Shown: positions 60,828 through 64,000 of the stretch, piece by piece
Position numbering within the stretch: position 1 is the stretch's first letter
How the letters are laid out: each line of letters starts with the position of its first letter
Origin: a virus
Length of the DNA stretch: 64,000 bases
Reading direction: 5' to 3' (one strand)
Virus record (IMG/VR): IMGVR_UViG_3300043446_003513
Span: 42,680 to 106,679 of that record
Notes under the pieces: model-generated
What the model saw: the letters and a program-made list of their open reading frames with translations, nothing else
What the model was told of the DNA's origin: nothing
The model's database searches: none
Made by a program: the position numbers and the translations under genes

Positions 60828-61810
60828 TAGATAACAACCATTTGTGTTAAGACATATGGCAATAATAATTGATCGACGTACATGTTACCAGTTCCCATAT
60901 ATGCGCCTGTATTAAATTCAAAGTGCCAATCAAAAGATTGGACGCTATGCAGATATTTATCCCTCCATTTTCTATCTTTGGAGAAATAATCCTTCATTAA
61001 TTCTATGCATCCTAGTTCAATTTCATCTGGAACATTTTCCCAACCATAGACGCCTTGAACTCTATAAGGAACGCCTTTTCTAAATACTCCATAATAATTA
61101 TCGTTAATAGTTGGTGGGACCATACCATTTGCAGTATAAACTGTATTATCAATCATGTCAGCACGATTTATTCTAATTCCAAAATTAGATTCTGAAATTT
61201 GAGTAGTATAGTTCCAGTTGTTTATTTCATTTATATTGTCTACAAGAAGAATGTCATTTTCGTATAACTCATGTAGCTGACTAATTCTAAATGGAAGTCT
61301 TAAAGAATCAGATCCATCTCCATAAACAATATGAAGATCATTGTATAAATAAAAAGACTGACCAGTATATGCCTCTATTGTTTTTCTGGCATATCTTTCT
61401 GCTGCAACTAATTCCGAATATGTTTTATAATTTGGATCAGAAGGATCCCAACCAAAACCTAGAGCGTCAACAGCCTGTGACAAATCTGTATACGGCGTAG
61501 TTACAAAAACCTTATGCTCTTTTTCTACGTCATCACCTTCTACCTGATATCTCCAAACAAGTTTTAATTGTTTGTTTGAATTTGTAATAGATAATGGCAA
61601 ATATACATTGTATGTTCCTATATCTGTCAGGCTTTCTTCCGCCGTTAATGTAGTTAAAATTTCGGTTGGGTCAACTGGTGGAGTTATTGCAGGATCTTCT
61701 GTTATATCATAGACATCAACCTCTGGCAGATCGTCTGCTTGAGTTGGTTCGCCTTTCCAAAATACTCTGTGCTTTATTGGAAAATTACTGCCTACTAATA
61801 TCTCTGCCAT
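60827..61810 (-). CDS. head-to-tail adaptor
   Basis: AR..IEAYTGQ.F…YGW..VP..I…TG…VD.LL..Y. Confidence 0.72.
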   Translation of the reverse strand: MAEILVGSNFPIKHRVFWKGEPTQADDLPEVDVYDITEDPAITPPVDPTEILTTLTAEESLTDIGTYNVYLPLSITNSNKQLKLVWRYQVEGDDVEKEHKVFVTTPYTDLSQAVDALGFGWDPSDPNYKTYSELVAAERYARKTIEAYTGQSFYLYNDLHIVYGDGSDSLRLPFRISQLHELYENDILLVDNINEINNWNYTTQISESNFGIRINRADMIDNTVYTANGMVPPTINDNYYGVFRKGVPYRVQGVYGWENVPDEIELGCIELMKDYFSKDRKWRDKYLHSVQSFDWHFEFNTGAYMGTGNMYVDQLLLPYVLTQMVVI

Positions 61811-61824
61811 TTATATAGTTTTAT

Positions 61825-62220
61825 TTAGCCGTAAAACTCTTGTGCTTCCTTTGGTGTGGCTAAACGAAAACCTTCCTCCTTGTCAAAAATTGCTTGAGCG
61901 TCTTTTTCTGTCATTGCTACAAAAGGATGGTCCTTTGTAAATGTATGACCCATAATGTCATATCTAAAATTTGGTCTTGTCATTCTTACCAAGACAGTAT
62001 CGGAATTTTGTTCAATTTTTGAATCTGATTTTGATTCTTTTGTTTGCACTTGTTTTTCCTCTTCTATAATACCCATGGTCTTTTGATATACAGAATATGT
62101 AACGCCTTCTTCTGCTAGCGCCGCTATAATATCTGCTTTACTTTTTAAACCATCTGTGGCAACCGCAAAATCTTCTGCGACTTTTCTTAATTCAGCAATT
62201 TTCAATGTCTCAAATGACAT
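61825..62220 (-). CDS. hypothetical protein with N-terminal HeH/Rho-N-like motif
   Basis: LKIAELRKVA..F.V….K.DII. Confidence 0.65.
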   Translation of the reverse strand: MSFETLKIAELRKVAEDFAVATDGLKSKADIIAALAEEGVTYSVYQKTMGIIEEEKQVQTKESKSDSKIEQNSDTVLVRMTRPNFRYDIMGHTFTKDHPFVAMTEKDAQAIFDKEEGFRLATPKEAQEFYG

Positions 62221-62272
62221 ATATTTCTCCTTAGTCTAAGTAAAATAATTATATCATTAGTCGATTAAAATG

Positions 62273-62303
62273 AAAAGCCCCCAAATTAAATTCAGGGGCT
62301 TTT
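62273..62303. terminator. terminator after the major capsid gene
   Basis: AAAAGCCCC…GGGGCTTTT. Confidence 0.75.
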
Positions 62304-62322
62304 CTAATTGCTAACTAATTAA

Positions 62323-63369
62323 TTAGGAAGCAACCTTAACGTTCTTAACAACTACCCAAGCATCTGCTTGCTCAATTTGAACGCCAACACGAGTATACAT
62401 TGTGTACTCGATTGAGTCCTTACGTGGCCAGAAGAAGCGGTAAACAGTTACATCACGCTTGATACCAATAACTACGTTATTTGGGAATGTCAAGTGGACG
62501 TCACCGTGTGAACCAGTTGTTCCTGAATAATCGCCAGATTGTGTCTCTGGAAGAAGTGGAACCTCAACAATCGGAATACCGAATGCGTATGGAGCCACAT
62601 AACCTGCTGGACCCGAAACTGGAGAAACTTCGCCACGGATAATGCCAGAAGCAATATCTTGTGGGTTAGTAAAGTTTGTTGAATTGCTTGTTGAATACAA
62701 GTAATCCTGGATTAGGTTTGATCCAGCAAGGAAGCGAAGGTCTGTACGACGTTGCTTGTACTTACGTGGAAGAGCCTTAAGAGCATCGTTGAATACTGCA
62801 CGGGAGATAGCATCTCCACCTGCATCTACAACGTGACCATATGTCTTAGCCTTCTTTACAACGCCATTGAATGCCTTGTAAAGCGGATCGCTTGTGAGTG
62901 CTGTATTTCCGTTAAGAATTACATCCTCAATATCATTTCCAGCTTGTGTAGCTAGGAGACGTGCGATGTGATCTTCGAGATCTGGACCCTCAATATTATC
63001 TTCGAGAGACTCTGTTGAAAGTTCCCAATCCAAACGAAGCTTCTTTGTTGTGAGAGAAATCTTGGAGAAAGTAACGGCTGCATTTGCTGCATCATCGGAA
63101 CCCTCGGTAGCGAGCTTCATAAGCTTCTCGCCAACACCAATACGATCAATCTCAGTTGTGTCTGCCTTCATGCGAACTGTACGTGCGACTTTACCGATAA
63201 CGGTTGCATCGAACATATAATCGAGGAAGCGAGCAGACTGTTCTGGGTTTAGTAAACCGCCATTTCCGTTCTCGGAAGCGACGTGTACACCAGTACCGCC
63301 AGTAGAAGAAGCAAATCCTGCTGTATCCACTGTATCGGCTGCAATTGTCTTTAATAAATCATTGCTCAT
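62323..63369 (-). CDS. major capsid protein (HK97 fold)
   Basis: GGLLNPEQ..RF, ELS.E.LEDNIEG, NGN, LP.KY, GIPIVEVP; biased high-expression codons. Confidence 0.92.
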   Translation of the reverse strand: MSNDLLKTIAADTVDTAGFASSTGGTGVHVASENGNGGLLNPEQSARFLDYMFDATVIGKVARTVRMKADTTEIDRIGVGEKLMKLATEGSDDAANAAVTFSKISLTTKKLRLDWELSTESLEDNIEGPDLEDHIARLLATQAGNDIEDVILNGNTALTSDPLYKAFNGVVKKAKTYGHVVDAGGDAISRAVFNDALKALPRKYKQRRTDLRFLAGSNLIQDYLYSTSNSTNFTNPQDIASGIIRGEVSPVSGPAGYVAPYAFGIPIVEVPLLPETQSGDYSGTTGSHGDVHLTFPNNVVIGIKRDVTVYRFFWPRKDSIEYTMYTRVGVQIEQADAWVVVKNVKVAS

Positions 63370-63391
63370 TTGTATATTTCACCTACCTTTA

Positions 63392-64000
63392 TTAGTTGAA
63401 TAACTCATTTACGGAACCGAGGAAAGAACCGTTCCATTTTGATTTTTTGATTGTTACTTCCTGTGACCCGCCAAGGTCAGAGGACTTCTTAATTGCAGTA
63501 TCATTTTCTACTGCGTCAACACGCTTCTGAACGCCGTCCATCGTGTTTCTGATTTCTGTAACAGCAGCGCTTAATGCACTGTGTTGATCTGCCAACTCTG
63601 TAATTCTTGCGTCTACGCTCTTGCTAAACGACTCAACAGTTTCTTGAATTTGAGAAACTTGAGCGGCATTTGCTTCTGTAGCCTTTGTAAGAGTTTCTGA
63701 GAAAAAGCCTTTTAGGTCGCCAAGCATCTTTGCAAAATCAGGTTCCTCAACCATAACTTCTGATACGTCGGCTGCCTTCTCTACAGTATCGGCAGAAGCG
63801 TCTGCCTCTGCAATAACTGCAGGAGCCTCTTCAACTGGAGCTTCTACAACTTCAGCTACTTTTTCTACAACAGTCTCTTCGACTGGTGCTAATGTTTCTG
63901 TGTTTTCTGACACTTCATTACCTCCTTCTGCGTTTGCCTGTTTTGCAATTATTTGTGTATCAGGCAACGTTAATCTTGATTTCTTAAACGAATCAAGAAT
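63392..64000 (-). CDS. C-terminal scaffold part of prohead protease/scaffold protein (5'-truncated by window)
   Basis: Frame open to the window edge; Glu/Ala-rich disordered region plus coiled coil; directly upstream of the MCP. Confidence 0.75.
   Translation of the reverse strand: MLDSFKKSRLTLPDTQIIAKQANAEGGNEVSENTETLAPVEETVVEKVAEVVEAPVEEAPAVIAEADASADTVEKAADVSEVMVEEPDFAKMLGDLKGFFSETLTKATEANAAQVSQIQETVESFSKSVDARITELADQHSALSAAVTEIRNTMDGVQKRVDAVENDTAIKKSSDLGGSQEVTIKKSKWNGSFLGSVNELFN

Noticed and set aside
1-64000. Alternative genetic code / stop-codon reassignment
   Set aside because: Long core genes are intact in code 11, TAA, TAG and TGA all terminate genes, and no suppressor tRNA was found
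1-64000. Bacterial chromosome or integrated prophage interpretation of dnaE/recA/ahpC/dps
   Set aside because: These genes are interleaved with terminase and virion genes in one co-oriented, tightly packed unit; no integrase, att site, rRNA or housekeeping operons were seen

Overview
This window is a 64-kb piece of a large, AT-rich, long-tailed (siphovirus-type) dsDNA phage genome, and the host is very probably an actinobacterium. The host evidence is WhiB, an Lsr2-like AT-hook microprotein, an ahpC-ahpD pair, an MSMEG_6728-like UV glycosylase, many leaderless promoters and a short-arm tRNA-Leu(TAA). About 1.2 kb of + strand small genes converge on a structured non-coding region at 1240-1620; everything else is on the - strand. 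Reading from high to low coordinates, the order is: protease/scaffold, major capsid, head-tail joining, major tail, frameshifting tail chaperone, 2254-aa tape measure, minor tail and fibre genes; then a replication/recombination block (DnaB, primase, SSB, DnaE, MazG, RecA, two resolvase folds, Cas4-like nuclease); then glycan-modifying genes and terminase; then an accessory region (Dps, CHAP hydrolase, PA14/Pro-rich surface protein, WhiB, HslV-like and subtilase proteases, thioredoxin, AhpCD). Five tRNAs and seven 2OG-Fe(II)/JmjC oxygenases are dispersed through the window. Several real microproteins are missing from the supplied ORF track. The most notable candidates are a 47-aa Lsr2 DNA-binding-domain-only protein under a consensus promoter, a 10-bp-phased MraZ-box-like array with no downstream gene, an oxygenase/glycosylation toolkit co-occurring with an extensin-like Pro-rich surface protein, and a self-contained four-micropeptide operon with a HypB-like MCxxCGC peptide. 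All calls come from reading motifs by eye; no database search was run.
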